Shown: positions 16,852 to 26,798, counted from the stretch's first letter. The stretch is 64,000 bases of DNA from an uncultured virus (IMG/VR IMGVR_UViG_3300015360_000026) (IMGVR_UViG_3300015360_000026), one strand, 5' to 3'. Numbers and translations: made by a program. Notes: generated by a model not told the origin, from the letters alone.

Positions 16852-16859
16852 GGGAACTC

Positions 16860-17102
16860 CTACTCGGCTCGGGTAATGATGACGTCGCAGTCGTCGGCCT
16901 CGATCAAGACGTCATTCACGGGGATAAGAAGTCCGAGGTGGGCTTGCACGCCGAAGGCCGTCGCCTCGAACTTCACGGACTGGATCGGATGGGCGATGGG
17001 GACGCCGTTGAGTTCGATCGTCGCCTTGCCGTCCTTGATGACGAGCTTGAACGAGTCTGCCACGGCGTCTCTCCAGGGGGTGTCAGTCATTGCTGCGTTC
17101 AA
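16860..17102 (-). CDS. hypothetical protein
   Basis: 80 aa, beta-rich. Confidence 0.55.
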   Translation of the reverse strand: MNAAMTDTPWRDAVADSFKLVIKDGKATIELNGVPIAHPIQSVKFEATAFGVQAHLGLLIPVNDVLIEADDCDVIITRAE

Positions 17103-17460
17103 CGTAGACGGCGAGGATGTCGTCCTCGCGGACGATGATGGTGTTCTCGCAGCCGGGGACTTCCACGCCCGCGTACCGGGTGTACAGGACGTGCTGGCCG
17201 GTCTTCACCGCGATCGGCTTGACCGTCCCATCGGCCAGCGTGCGGCCGGGGCCAATCACGAGGACAGTGCCCATCGACGGCTTGTCCCGAGCCCGATCCG
17301 GCAGCAGGATGCCGCCGGGCGTCTTCGTGACGGCCTCATCGGTCAGGATAACCACGCGATCGTCCAGCGGGTCCACGAACGGTTCCTTCTTCTTGACCGG
17401 AGAGTCGGCCGTCTTGGGCGTCTTTTCCAACTCGTGTTTAAGATCGAACGTCTTGGCCAT
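17083..17460 (-). CDS. groES: co-chaperonin GroES
   Basis: PLDDRVVI...KTPGGILLPD.A.DKP..G.V...GPG...VK.G..VLY..YAG.EV...REDDILA. Confidence 0.95.
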   Translation of the reverse strand: MAKTFDLKHELEKTPKTADSPVKKKEPFVDPLDDRVVILTDEAVTKTPGGILLPDRARDKPSMGTVLVIGPGRTLADGTVKPIAVKTGQHVLYTRYAGVEVPGCENTIIVREDDILAVYVERSND

Positions 17461-17489
17461 GTTGCACCCGAGGTTGGTTGGTGCGTCCC

Positions 17490-17540
17490 TGCGAAACGAA
17501 GTCGGCTACCGTGCCTTCCAGTGTCGGAGCATGGTAGCCG
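17490..17540 (-). terminator. hairpin, possible terminator upstream of groES
   Basis: CGGCTACCATGC...GCACGGTAGCCG then ACTTCGTTTC. Confidence 0.4.
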
Positions 17541-17561
17541 GTGATATTCATAACGGCCAGA

Positions 17562-18161
17562 TCACTTGTCCTTCATGTCCATGGTCAGCTCGATCTCCTT
17601 CTCAACCGTCATCTTCTCTTGGAGCTTTGCCTGCTCCTCCCTCATCAGCTTGCGTTCGACCTCGTAGTCGAGCGGCTCCATCGTCGCGACGGCCGCGTTG
17701 CGTGCGTCCCAGCCCCTCTTCATCCCCCGGTACTCGGTGTTAAGTGCCTCCCAGTTCTTTCGGAGAGCGTCAAGGTCCGCCGATGTGCCCGTGAACAACT
17801 GGGGCGGCGTCACGATCAAGGTCAGCATCCGGTTGGTCTCTTCGACCAGCGGGACGAGGTCGTCCGGCGTCTCCAGCCACTTCTTGTGGTCCGCGACGAA
17901 CACGGCCAGCATCTCGGTGTTCTTGTTCACCGCAGCCACCAACTCGTCTTCTTCCTCGTCCTCGACAGCCGGAGGCGTTTCCACGACCGGCCAGCCCCAG
18001 AACAAGGCCGTCACGCTGTCGGTCAGCAGCCGCAGCAGGCTGTGGACGAAGATGCACCCGAGGATCGTGAGCACGAAGCCCGCGACGATGACGATGCAAC
18101 TGAACAACATCTGCGTCGAGGCGTTCCACTTGGAGAACGCCTCCATCCATTGGTCCTGCAT
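17562..18161 (-). CDS. membrane protein with coiled-coil C-terminus
   Basis: TM MLFSCIVIVAGFVLTILGCIFV; start uncertain. Confidence 0.6.
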   Translation of the reverse strand: MQDQWMEAFSKWNASTQMLFSCIVIVAGFVLTILGCIFVHSLLRLLTDSVTALFWGWPVVETPPAVEDEEEDELVAAVNKNTEMLAVFVADHKKWLETPDDLVPLVEETNRMLTLIVTPPQLFTGTSADLDALRKNWEALNTEYRGMKRGWDARNAAVATMEPLDYEVERKLMREEQAKLQEKMTVEKEIELTMDMKDK

Positions 18162-18226
18162 TACGCTCTCCGGGGGTTCAAAGGCGGTCCACAATCTTGA
18201 CGGGTTTGTCGGTGTCGACGGCACGG

Positions 18227-18712
18227 TCAAAACATCACGCGGTAGCGGGGACCACGGAGGATGTAGAGGTTCTGGGGCAACGTCGCGAACGGCATGCTGA
18301 TGCTGACGACGTCGATCGTGTATCGCTTCTGCAACCACCACTGGAACCCGCGACGGAGGATCTCGTGGGCGACGGTACGCTTGGCCCGGTCCAGAGCCGA
18401 CTCCCTGGCCACGAAGGAGCCGCCCGTCATCTGCGTGCGAATCGCGTCCCTGAACGTCTCCCGCAGCAAGTCCTTGTCGCCCACCAGCCGCAGGGCCGCA
18501 GCTACCTTCGGCTCTTCCCACTCGTCGAACCGGTCGGCAAGCACCATCGCCGAGAACTCCAGCTTGCCGTCCCACAGCTTAGCCAGCTCCTCGCCCACCC
18601 ACGGGTCGTCGGCCCACATCGGGGCAATCGGCTGGTCGAGTACGTACCCCGCGAGAGCTGCATCAAGTGTGCGTTGCACGGCCGCGACCGTAGTCTCCAC
18701 TTCGGTGCTCAT
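18227..18712 (-). CDS. hypothetical protein
   Basis: MSTEVET... with GGAG SD; LADRFDEW...AAALR echoes a TIGR02996-like motif. Confidence 0.6.
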   Translation of the reverse strand: MSTEVETTVAAVQRTLDAALAGYVLDQPIAPMWADDPWVGEELAKLWDGKLEFSAMVLADRFDEWEEPKVAAALRLVGDKDLLRETFRDAIRTQMTGGSFVARESALDRAKRTVAHEILRRGFQWWLQKRYTIDVVSISMPFATLPQNLYILRGPRYRVMF

Positions 18713-18714
18713 GG

Positions 18715-19077
18715 TCACTCCGGCTTCTTCGTGGGGTGGGGGTACGTCCGGGCGTGGATCTTGTCGGCCCAGTCGGCCGCATCCTTGCGGACATCGGGGT
18801 TGCGAGACTTCCAGTCGCCTAGGTGCCCAATCCACAGGTGGTGAGTCGGGCACAGGGTGACGAAGTTGTCGCGTTCGAGTTCCTTGCTCGGGTCCCAGCT
18901 GACGGGCATGACGTGGTGAACTTCGACGTTCTCGCGGTTGCCGCAGGCGGCACACCTCGGGTTGTCCTTCAACCAAGCCGCCCGGTACGACGGCCACTTG
19001 CCCGACCGGGCGACCAGCAACTCGATCTGGGGCCGCGTTGGTCCCAGGCCGACGACACGCAAGAGAAGTCCGATCAT
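18715..19077 (-). CDS. HNH endonuclease
   Basis: CAACG...EVHH...P......N.VTLC..HH. Confidence 0.88.
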   Translation of the reverse strand: MIGLLLRVVGLGPTRPQIELLVARSGKWPSYRAAWLKDNPRCAACGNRENVEVHHVMPVSWDPSKELERDNFVTLCPTHHLWIGHLGDWKSRNPDVRKDAADWADKIHARTYPHPTKKPE

Positions 19078-19103
19078 GGTAACCTTCCGTGGTTATCGCC
19101 CAC

Positions 19104-19475
19104 TCACCGCACGAAGATGTGCATGTAGCGGCGTCCGTCCCGTCCCAAGGCCCAGGCCGCTCCCGCAAAGCGGTAGCGGTCGTAGGTACAGCAGGCACCC
19201 CAGCCGAGGTGCGGTGGCCATGCGGCACAACCAGCGGCGGACGCCGATGTGCTGACAGGCAAGGCCGTGAAATCGTTGGCGGTGTGGCCCTGGATCAGTC
19301 GGGCGGCTCGGAAGTCGGCGATGTTCTTGGCCCCCGCCGTCAGGTTGGGGTCCTCGATAAACGGCGGGAGGCCACGTGCGGCCCGTGCGGCGTTGACCTC
19401 TGCAAGGGCGTCGTCGGCGGCGAGGCTGATCGACGCGGTCACCACGCACACGATGAGGGTAGCGATCCAACGCAT
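19104..19475 (-). CDS. secreted CAP/SCP-like protein (Gemmataceae-type)
   Basis: signal peptide; ALAEVNAARAARGLPPF..D..L; GHT.NDF; GWGACC; GRDGRRYMH. Confidence 0.7.
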   Translation of the reverse strand: MRWIATLIVCVVTASISLAADDALAEVNAARAARGLPPFIEDPNLTAGAKNIADFRAARLIQGHTANDFTALPVSTSASAAGCAAWPPHLGWGACCTYDRYRFAGAAWALGRDGRRYMHIFVR

Positions 19476-19488
19476 TCTTCGTCTCCTG

Positions 19489-20661
19489 TCACTCGGGAAC
19501 AGGTGGCCTCGGCCGAGGGAACACGTCGTTCTTCTCATGCGGCATCGGGGCCACCTCCACTTGCCTGAACTCAGCCTTCTTACCGGGGATGAGTCCACGC
19601 TTAATGGCTTCTTCCTCGCTGATCCGTTCGAGGCCACGCTTCTTCAGCTCCTCGTCGGACAGCTTCTCCAGCTCCTTCGGGTCGAGGGAGTTGGCGAGCG
19701 GCATCCGCATTGCCTTCAGCATCCACTCCGCTTCACTCACCTTCTTGGTAGTGCCGTCGAGCAAGAATAGCAAGAACTGCCCGTCCCGCAAGGGCACGGC
19801 CAACCTCACCTGGTGGAGGTCCTGGGCCTTGTATACCACACCGCCGTCAGACGCCCGACGGATACATATCGGCTCGCCCGTGGGATCGAAGCCCGAAGCG
19901 TTCATGAACACGACCAGGGGGAAGTCGGTGTCCTTAATCAGGGCCTTGTACGGGGCAAGACGATCGGGCTGCTGAGCGTTGTCCTCGGCCGTGATGTAGG
20001 CGGCGGCGAGACCGTCGGCCGGGACCTCGGTGCCGTTGACGTAGGTGTACCGCACCAGGCCGTGCCGCTGGTCGAAGTCGACCGTGATCTTAGGCTCCTC
20101 CTCGAATGGCTGCACCTTCCAGGTGGCCATCGACGTCTGGCCGGAGATCTTGTCGTACAGCGGGGAGCCGAGACGTTTGTCCCGGAAGAAGAACGCCAGC
20201 AGGATAATGACGGGCACGGACAACAACCACCGCAGCCAACGCGGCCACTTCTTGGGCTCGGGCAGGCCGAGTTCCTTGACCACTTCCTTCGCGGCCCCCG
20301 CGACCTCTTCGGGAGTCTTGGGGTTGTAATAGTTGGGCTTCTTCTTGTCGTCAGGCACGTCCGTGTCCTCCTCAAAGCTGGTTTCTACATCCCTGTACCG
20401 GCTCGCAAGCACCGAGACCACGCGGTCCGACCGGCCGAGGGCGATCACGACATCGTTGTACCCGAGAGCCCCCTGCACGGTCCCGATCTGGGCGTGGATC
20501 AGGTCCAGTTCAGCGTCCGACGGCGGCGGGTCGAGGAACGTCAACGCTGGACCGATCGACGGCCAGTCCTCGCGGCCCAACTCGAAAATGTCATACGGCA
20601 GACCGTTGACGACTACCGAATAGCAGGTGATGACGATACGCCCGGCGATGCTGTCGTGCAT
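19489..20661 (-). CDS. membrane-associated hypothetical protein
   Basis: 390 aa, TM WLLSVPVIILLAFFF; possible internal start at GTG ~20358 after GAGGAGG. Confidence 0.6.
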   Translation of the reverse strand: MHDSIAGRIVITCYSVVVNGLPYDIFELGREDWPSIGPALTFLDPPPSDAELDLIHAQIGTVQGALGYNDVVIALGRSDRVVSVLASRYRDVETSFEEDTDVPDDKKKPNYYNPKTPEEVAGAAKEVVKELGLPEPKKWPRWLRWLLSVPVIILLAFFFRDKRLGSPLYDKISGQTSMATWKVQPFEEEPKITVDFDQRHGLVRYTYVNGTEVPADGLAAAYITAEDNAQQPDRLAPYKALIKDTDFPLVVFMNASGFDPTGEPICIRRASDGGVVYKAQDLHQVRLAVPLRDGQFLLFLLDGTTKKVSEAEWMLKAMRMPLANSLDPKELEKLSDEELKKRGLERISEEEAIKRGLIPGKKAEFRQVEVAPMPHEKNDVFPRPRPPVPE

Positions 20662-21485
20662 TCGGCTAACTCCTTGCCGAGGGTCTCGCGAACTTCAATG
20701 TTCTTGGCCCACGCCGCCAGCAGGATGCGGGGATCGACCCCGAGCTTCCTCGCCTCGTGGATCAGGCTGTTGATGTCCTTGGGCAGACACGCACCGCCGA
20801 AGCCGAGTTCGCCGTCGTGGCCCGGCACGTCCCAGTGGGTGTCGCCCATCCGACTGTCAAGACACGCCACACTGATCGTCCGGGCGTAGTTGATCTGCGT
20901 CGCATCACAGATCTGGCGGATCTCGTTGGCGAAGGCGACCTTGGTAGCGAAGAAGGCGTTGGTCGCCATCTTCACCATCTCCATGACCTTGGCCTCGTCG
21001 ACGCAGATGGCGGCAAACGGGAACGCCTTGGAGTAGATGGTCTTGGCCGTCCTCATTCCCTCATCGAGCATGCCGCCCAGAAGAACGTGCTTCTGGTCGA
21101 GGAACTCCTTGACAGCAGTCTTGGCCGAGGAAAACTCAGGGTTGAACACCACGTCCAAGTTGCGGTACTTGGCGTTCAGGGCGTCCGTCGTGCCCGGCGG
21201 CACGGTCGACTTCAGGAGAACAGTGCGTCGTGCGGTCGGCAGGCTGTGGGCGTTCAACTGGGCACAGACCTTGTGCACGATCGACGTGTCACAGCTGCCG
21301 TCCGGGTTCATGGACGTCGGGACGCACACGAAGACCGGGCCGTGCCGCAGAACGGCCATCATGTCCCCGACCGACGGGAACTCAGACTTCGTGGGGTCGG
21401 TGTCGTACCGATACAGGCGGTAGTGGCCGTAAAACCCCGCCGCCACCGCGTACCCAATGATGCCGTACCCAACGATACCGAGCAT
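20613..21485 (-). CDS. ugd: UDP-glucose 6-dehydrogenase (short phage type)
   Basis: GIVGYGIIG, FVCVPT, KSTVPPGT, FNPEF, EMVK..TNAF.ATKV.FANE, GFGGACLPKD. Confidence 0.93.
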   Translation of the reverse strand: MLGIVGYGIIGYAVAAGFYGHYRLYRYDTDPTKSEFPSVGDMMAVLRHGPVFVCVPTSMNPDGSCDTSIVHKVCAQLNAHSLPTARRTVLLKSTVPPGTTDALNAKYRNLDVVFNPEFSSAKTAVKEFLDQKHVLLGGMLDEGMRTAKTIYSKAFPFAAICVDEAKVMEMVKMATNAFFATKVAFANEIRQICDATQINYARTISVACLDSRMGDTHWDVPGHDGELGFGGACLPKDINSLIHEARKLGVDPRILLAAWAKNIEVRETLGKELAECTTASPGVSSSPAIR

Positions 21486-21560
21486 GGTGTGCCGCCGCTG
21501 AATCTCATAAGTCGCGGAGAAGTCCTTCGTCCAGCCGGGGAAACTGTCCACGATGATCTC

Positions 21561-21965
21561 CTAGCTATCCGCCCGCAAGACGTTGAGGGCGTCTTCAATG
21601 TGAAACGCCGCCTGTTTCGACTTGGCGTCGGTCTGCTCCCGCGACCGTGTACGGTCGAGCAGGATGGCTAACAGGGCCTCGTCGGTGAGGCCGTGGGTGC
21701 CCTCAGACCGGAACTCCAGCACCGTCTGGGACAGCGATTCATCCGAGCTCAAGTGGGACGGCTGGGCACACGGCTTGGGTGGGGTGTCAGGGCCGCTTGG
21801 CGGGGCGTCCGGGTTGCCCGGCTTGTCGTCGGTGCTGAGCCTGGGCACCGACACGCGATACGTGCCAGGCTGTAACGCCTCGACCGTGACGTGCTCGTTG
21901 TCACCGCGACCAACGCGGTGAGTAGTGATCTCGCGGGCGAGCCAGCAGGCTTCGGGAGCGACCAT
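21561..21965 (-). CDS. Tad1/Acb2-like hairpin-domain protein (C-terminally short)
   Basis: REITTH..., HGLTDEALLAILLDR, AAFHIEDAL resemble Tad1 HGV.D.DLL.I..DR and AL.H.EEAL. Confidence 0.55.
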   Translation of the reverse strand: MVAPEACWLAREITTHRVGRGDNEHVTVEALQPGTYRVSVPRLSTDDKPGNPDAPPSGPDTPPKPCAQPSHLSSDESLSQTVLEFRSEGTHGLTDEALLAILLDRTRSREQTDAKSKQAAFHIEDALNVLRADS

Positions 21966-22016
21966 GTTGTTCCTCCAGGGGTGACAGGTGGGCAGAGAAA
22001 AGGATACTCAACCCGG

Positions 22017-22820
22017 TCACGAACCGCCAGCCGGACGCTGCTGCGGCTGTCCCGGCTCTCCAGGGGCGTGGCAGTGGACAACGTCACCGGGCTTGAACAA
22101 TTGCCAGACGTAGCAGGGCCGCAGGCTGCCCACAAGGTACTGCTTGTACCAATCCCGCCAATGGATGCAATCGCCCTCGTGACCGGGGTACTGCAACATC
22201 GCCTCTCCCCCATTCTTCACCTTACGCTCGAACTGGGCATAGCTGCGGAGCGGGTAGTGGTGCATCTCCAATGCCGGACTCGTGACGACGTCGCCGGTAA
22301 GCCCCTCGACGGCGTGCAACCCCTGGGCCACGTGGACGAACATCGACGGCCGGTGGATCACACGCGGGTGGTTGTCCTGGAGCACGCAGAACGGGAAGTC
22401 CTTCGGGTCGAACGGACCAACTCGGTCGGGCTCACCCTGCACGGGCTTGTGAATCCACGTCCGACCCCGGTCGAGGAAGACCGTAGACACGTTCGCGGGC
22501 ACGGTCTCCAGGTAGGAGAGGTGCCCCCAGAACTCGTCGGCGTCCAGGTGCATGACCCAGTCGGGCTTGTACCTCTGGGCGATGTACTTCGCCAGCCCCG
22601 TGATCCACTTCGACTGCTCGTAGGTGTGGTTGGGTTGATCGAACACGTCGAGGACATGGGGCCACTTCCACTGCAACTCGTCGAGCAACTCCCTGGTCCC
22701 GTCCGTGCTGCCGTTGTCCATGATGACGAAGCCGTCCACCCCGCGTTCGTGGTGGTGGCGGATATTGGCCTCGACGATCTCGACCTCGTCCCGGACGAGG
22801 AGGGTGGCGACGATCTTCAT
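22017..22820 (-). CDS. glycosyltransferase family 2 (Glyco_tranf_2_4-like)
   Basis: LLVRDE..I, MDNGSTDGT, WVMHLDADEF, HYPLRS..QF..K..NG. Confidence 0.9.
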   Translation of the reverse strand: MKIVATLLVRDEVEIVEANIRHHHERGVDGFVIMDNGSTDGTRELLDELQWKWPHVLDVFDQPNHTYEQSKWITGLAKYIAQRYKPDWVMHLDADEFWGHLSYLETVPANVSTVFLDRGRTWIHKPVQGEPDRVGPFDPKDFPFCVLQDNHPRVIHRPSMFVHVAQGLHAVEGLTGDVVTSPALEMHHYPLRSYAQFERKVKNGGEAMLQYPGHEGDCIHWRDWYKQYLVGSLRPCYVWQLFKPGDVVHCHAPGEPGQPQQRPAGGS

Positions 22821-23149
22821 TGGTTCAGCTTGCCTTCTGGGCCGGGAGGCTTGTTGCAGTTTTCGAGTGCCGCCTTCAAAAAGTCGGCCGACGTCTTCTC
22901 GTTGTCGACGATGCGGAACTGCTTCTTCACCTCGCAGAAGAACGCTTCGGCACTGGCCGTGTCGGACGCACCCAGGTGCATCCACTTCGCCTGCCACACC
23001 TTCCAGTCCAGAAAGAACGTGTGGATGAGAGCATGGGCCTCGAATGACGCCAATGTGAACTGCTGGTCGTGGTCGGCGTGCTTCGCCTTCGGGGGCATGT
23101 CCTTACCGGCGACCGGCGGGTACAAAGCGTACGGGTTCGTCGAACTCAC
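22817..23149 (-). CDS. hypothetical protein
   Basis: 110 aa, overlaps both neighbours by 4 nt. Confidence 0.6.
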   Translation of the reverse strand: MSSTNPYALYPPVAGKDMPPKAKHADHDQQFTLASFEAHALIHTFFLDWKVWQAKWMHLGASDTASAEAFFCEVKKQFRIVDNEKTSADFLKAALENCNKPPGPEGKLNQ

Positions 23150-24051
23150 GTCGACTCCTTCGCAAGGCGTGCGACGCGGTCCCGCAGGTACTCGACCGAG
23201 TCGTGGACGGTGAGGGTCTCCCAGCCCGGACAGCCAGGGCCGACGATCGCGGTCACCAGGAACGGATCAGACGTCATGCAGGCTCGTAGCATGAGCCGCT
23301 GCCACGGCCGGTCGTGGCTATCGAGGACGAGCTTCAGCTTGTAGTCCGGCACGGCCAGTCGCTTCTCGGCAGCACGAGCTTCGATCGCGACCTGTCGCAG
23401 GCCCTTCTTGTGCAGCTCCTTCATCCGCTCGAACGACTGCTGTTGCCGATTGGCGGGCAGACCGACGCCGAACCAGTTCTGCCGCACCTCGCCGAAGTGC
23501 GTCACGCGGAAACCGAGATCGACCCAACGGGCCTTGGGCCACTTCTCCAGGAACTCCACGTCGTAGTTGCCGGCGTGGGAGTGCCACGTGTCGAACATCG
23601 GCCAGCACTGGCACGCCGGATCATTGGCGTTCCACATCTGGAAATACCCGTACGGCCACGGGTCGTGGTCGACAATCAGCTTGCCCTTCTCGTCATACCG
23701 GCGGGCACCGGCGATCGTGCCGGGCTTGAAGTTCTTCTCGGCGATCTTCCGCCAGTTGGTCTGAGGCATGATGTCGGAGTCGAAGTGCAGGACGTGGGCG
23801 TGGGGGTCCATCGCGGCGTAGGCGACGTTAAGGGCGGCACCCTTGTTGAATGCGGCACCGAACTTGCCGAAGACGTCCGTGGTCACCACCCGGATTCGAC
23901 GGTACTTATTGCACACGTCGATGACGGTCTTATCCTCGGGCTTGGTCACCACCGTTAGGCTGTCGAGGGTGTCCATCCAGATCGGGAGGGACTGCCGCAG
24001 GTAGTTGGCGTAGACGGGGCCGACGCAACACGTGAAGGCATCAATTTCCAT
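23146..24051 (-). CDS. GT-A glycosyltransferase
   Basis: FNKGAALN, VLHFDSDI, GYFQ. Confidence 0.8.
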   Translation of the reverse strand: MEIDAFTCCVGPVYANYLRQSLPIWMDTLDSLTVVTKPEDKTVIDVCNKYRRIRVVTTDVFGKFGAAFNKGAALNVAYAAMDPHAHVLHFDSDIMPQTNWRKIAEKNFKPGTIAGARRYDEKGKLIVDHDPWPYGYFQMWNANDPACQCWPMFDTWHSHAGNYDVEFLEKWPKARWVDLGFRVTHFGEVRQNWFGVGLPANRQQQSFERMKELHKKGLRQVAIEARAAEKRLAVPDYKLKLVLDSHDRPWQRLMLRACMTSDPFLVTAIVGPGCPGWETLTVHDSVEYLRDRVARLAKEST

Positions 24052-24733
24052 TGGGCTTCCTGGCAACGCAGTACAAGAAGTTTTCGTGCTCGACGACCTT
24101 CTTCATAACGATCTTGACGTCCTCAAACCCCAACCGCGTCAGCACGTAGCGGAGGGAGTCGGCGGTGTAGAACCACAGGTGGTCGGGGTTCGTCAAGTCC
24201 GTATCGTCGGGCACGATAAGATACAGCGGACGGCCCGGTGCGAGCAACCGGTACATCTCTCGCAGGGCTCCCGGCGAGTCCGGCATATGCTCGGCGGCGT
24301 GAGCACACAGCACCAACTGGGCCTGCCCGGTGGCTGCCGCCTCCAACTCCTCGAAGCACCGGTTCTCCATGTGCACGTGGTGGTTGTCCCGCATCCACTG
24401 AGCCGCCCACGGGTCGGGCTCGAAGCCGACGTAGCTGTAGCCAAGCGACTTCAGGTGACTCACGTACGGGCTAACCCCCGTGCCGATCTCAACGGCCATG
24501 CCGCCGCCCGGCGGGGCGGGCGGCAGCTTACCGAGGGCACCCGTCAACTCTTCAAGGTACTTGCCCGGACAGAACGTCCCGTTGACCAGCGAACCCAAGC
24601 TCTCGTAATACACCTGTCCCCCCGACGGGTGGTCCCGCCGGTACTGAACATGGTGGGCACACTTCTTCACCGACTTGGTCGCGTACCAAGTCGGGTCGGG
24701 AGTAGTGACGCAGCCGCAGGGGTGCTTGGTCAT
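24041..24733 (-). CDS. class I SAM-dependent methyltransferase
   Basis: VEIGTG, HAAEHMPDS...L.EM.RLL.PG..L.LIVPD. Confidence 0.88.
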   Translation of the reverse strand: MTKHPCGCVTTPDPTWYATKSVKKCAHHVQYRRDHPSGGQVYYESLGSLVNGTFCPGKYLEELTGALGKLPPAPPGGGMAVEIGTGVSPYVSHLKSLGYSYVGFEPDPWAAQWMRDNHHVHMENRCFEELEAAATGQAQLVLCAHAAEHMPDSPGALREMYRLLAPGRPLYLIVPDDTDLTNPDHLWFYTADSLRYVLTRLGFEDVKIVMKKVVEHENFLYCVARKPNGN

Positions 24734-25674
24734 TTGATTGCCGAGTTCTCGATGTAGTTCGTGACCAACTTCAACGTCTTCGCGGCCGGTGCCGTGTCGA
24801 GGGTGATGAGTTCCACCCGGCGGTTCTTGTCCTTGGGCTTGTAGATGCCCGCGTGGGTCTGGCTGACCTCCTCGAACTCGCCGTCGCAGGCCAGTTGCCC
24901 GAACCGTCGCAGAGGAACACCGCACCGGTGACAGTGAAACTTCACCTGCTTGGCAAACGCCTCGATGCTGGAACGCCACCACCCCTCCACGATCGGCACG
25001 CCCAGGTCGGGCCACTCAGGGTCATCGGCGTGCAACATCGCCTGGGCACCCATGATCTCGCACAGGTAACCCCGCAGGCCCCGGCCCGGCACGGCACAGA
25101 TCATGGCCGACCAGTTCTGGTTGACGTCGCAGTTGGCGATCATCTCCCACCGCTTGCCCTCGTCGGGCTCGACGTCCATCATCGCCACGAACGGCGGCGA
25201 GTGCCGGGAGTCCGTGTCGTGGCCCTTGAGCTGCTTGCGACACTCCGGCCAGTCCCGGTAGAACTCGTCGTACGCAACCTGGTCCATGTGGACGTTCAGG
25301 TTGCTGACCTCGGGGTTGAACGTGATGCGGGCAGCCTTGCCCTTCCCGAACAGCTTGTTGCACCACAGCCCGCACTGCTCCTGGGGGATGTGCTTGCGGA
25401 GGATGGTGCACAGCTCCTCGAACTTCGGGTGCATCGCCGGGTTGCCGCCGAAGATGCCCACGACCCCGAAGTAGTCCTTGAGGCTGACCACGGCCTGCTC
25501 GAACTCCTCGGTGGTGATGTAGACGTTCTTGCCGCCGAGGTTGCTCCCCTGCGTACAGCCGAAGCACTGCTTGTCGCAGGCACGGGTGATGTGGATCTGG
25601 AGGATGCCGTTACGCCAGCACTTCCGCTTCATGCTGGGCGTCACCATCTTCGCCAAGGCTTCCTGCTCGGTCAT
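24730..25674 (-). CDS. radical SAM protein
   Basis: CDKQCFGC, IFGGNPAMHP, C-terminal CHRC. Confidence 0.9.
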   Translation of the reverse strand: MTEQEALAKMVTPSMKRKCWRNGILQIHITRACDKQCFGCTQGSNLGGKNVYITTEEFEQAVVSLKDYFGVVGIFGGNPAMHPKFEELCTILRKHIPQEQCGLWCNKLFGKGKAARITFNPEVSNLNVHMDQVAYDEFYRDWPECRKQLKGHDTDSRHSPPFVAMMDVEPDEGKRWEMIANCDVNQNWSAMICAVPGRGLRGYLCEIMGAQAMLHADDPEWPDLGVPIVEGWWRSSIEAFAKQVKFHCHRCGVPLRRFGQLACDGEFEEVSQTHAGIYKPKDKNRRVELITLDTAPAAKTLKLVTNYIENSAIK

Positions 25675-25693
25675 GTCTCACTCCGTTGAGGGT

Positions 25694-26308
25694 TCAGTAA
25701 TCCGCCGTCGGTCGAACGTACGACGGCGGCGGGTCGGCGGACTTTGGGTAGAACAGCTTATCCTGTTCGTGCATGACCCGGAAGACCGCTCGGATGGCGT
25801 CGACCGGGACGCCGTCGTACACCATCACGATCGCCACCCGTCGGGACACCCGGCGGTACTCGGCGTACGACCGCGTGTCGTTGTACAGCACGCACGTCAG
25901 CGGCACGTGCTTCCAGTACCGGGTCTGCTCCAGGTAAGGCTTGAACGTCGCCGAGGCCCACCGGAACACGAAGGTCGACTTCTCGTCGTAGCACTTCTTC
26001 TCGACGTTGTACCACAGGGCGTCGATGTAGGGGAAGTCCGCGAACTCCGCGTCGACCAGGGCCTCGGCCGTCAGCCACCGCCTCCCGTTGAGCCGGTTGA
26101 TGACGCAGACCGCCCGCATCCGCACCTCGGCGTCCTCGCTAGTCGCCGCCGCGTGCTTGAGCTTGGCGACCACCGCCTCGCCCCGGTACATCAGGTCGGC
26201 CGTCGCCCGATCGCGGACGCGGTACTCCTTGTCGCCCAGTTCGACAATCAGGCGGTCGACAGGGTCTACGTGGATGGCCAGCACTACGGCCAAGATGAAA
26301 CCGATCAT
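25694..26308 (-). CDS. secreted protein with HEAT-like N-domain (planctomycete type)
   Basis: signal peptide; VDRLIVELGDKEYRVRDRATADL...DAEVRMRA. Confidence 0.65.
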   Translation of the reverse strand: MIGFILAVVLAIHVDPVDRLIVELGDKEYRVRDRATADLMYRGEAVVAKLKHAAATSEDAEVRMRAVCVINRLNGRRWLTAEALVDAEFADFPYIDALWYNVEKKCYDEKSTFVFRWASATFKPYLEQTRYWKHVPLTCVLYNDTRSYAEYRRVSRRVAIVMVYDGVPVDAIRAVFRVMHEQDKLFYPKSADPPPSYVRPTADY

Positions 26309-26321
26309 TGGCGGTCCTCCG

Positions 26322-26789
26322 TTACACACCTTTCACTCCCCGAGGATGCAGTATGCGGTGCACCCGCTTGAGCTGTTTAACCATCTTCGGGATCTCGTGT
26401 TGCTCTAGGGTGACCCGTCCTTGCGTCACACTACTGGTGTAAGTCACAGCCCAATCAGCCCGTGGCATACTCTTGTTCGGGACCGTACCGTCGTACAGCG
26501 TTGCCAGCAGCTTGTCGATGAACGCGGCGATGGCTTGACCACTACCGTCACCCACAGTGAAGCGGACCCACGCAGAATCGCGTTCTCGGTCCCAACCAGG
26601 AAACCTCTCGCCTTTCTTCGGTCTGAGCATTTCCGCCATGGTCGGTGTTCGCGTGCCCTGACAGGAGTAGAGAGTGGCGACCTCTGGGAACAACAACAGA
26701 GCTTTAACCAGAGGGGCAATCAACACGTCGACAGGGGATCGTACGGTGACCAGGATAGTCGGGTGTTCTTTCTTCACAACGACTCGCAT
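26322..26789 (-). CDS. hypothetical protein
   Basis: VD..IAPLVKAL....EVATLYSCQG. Confidence 0.6.
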   Translation of the reverse strand: MRVVVKKEHPTILVTVRSPVDVLIAPLVKALLLFPEVATLYSCQGTRTPTMAEMLRPKKGERFPGWDRERDSAWVRFTVGDGSGQAIAAFIDKLLATLYDGTVPNKSMPRADWAVTYTSSVTQGRVTLEQHEIPKMVKQLKRVHRILHPRGVKGV

Positions 26790-26798
26790 GGTGTGGTC

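Noticed and set aside
18715..19077. HNH genes as intron-encoded homing endonucleases
   Set aside because: Both HNH ORFs are free-standing; no split host gene or group I intron core recognised
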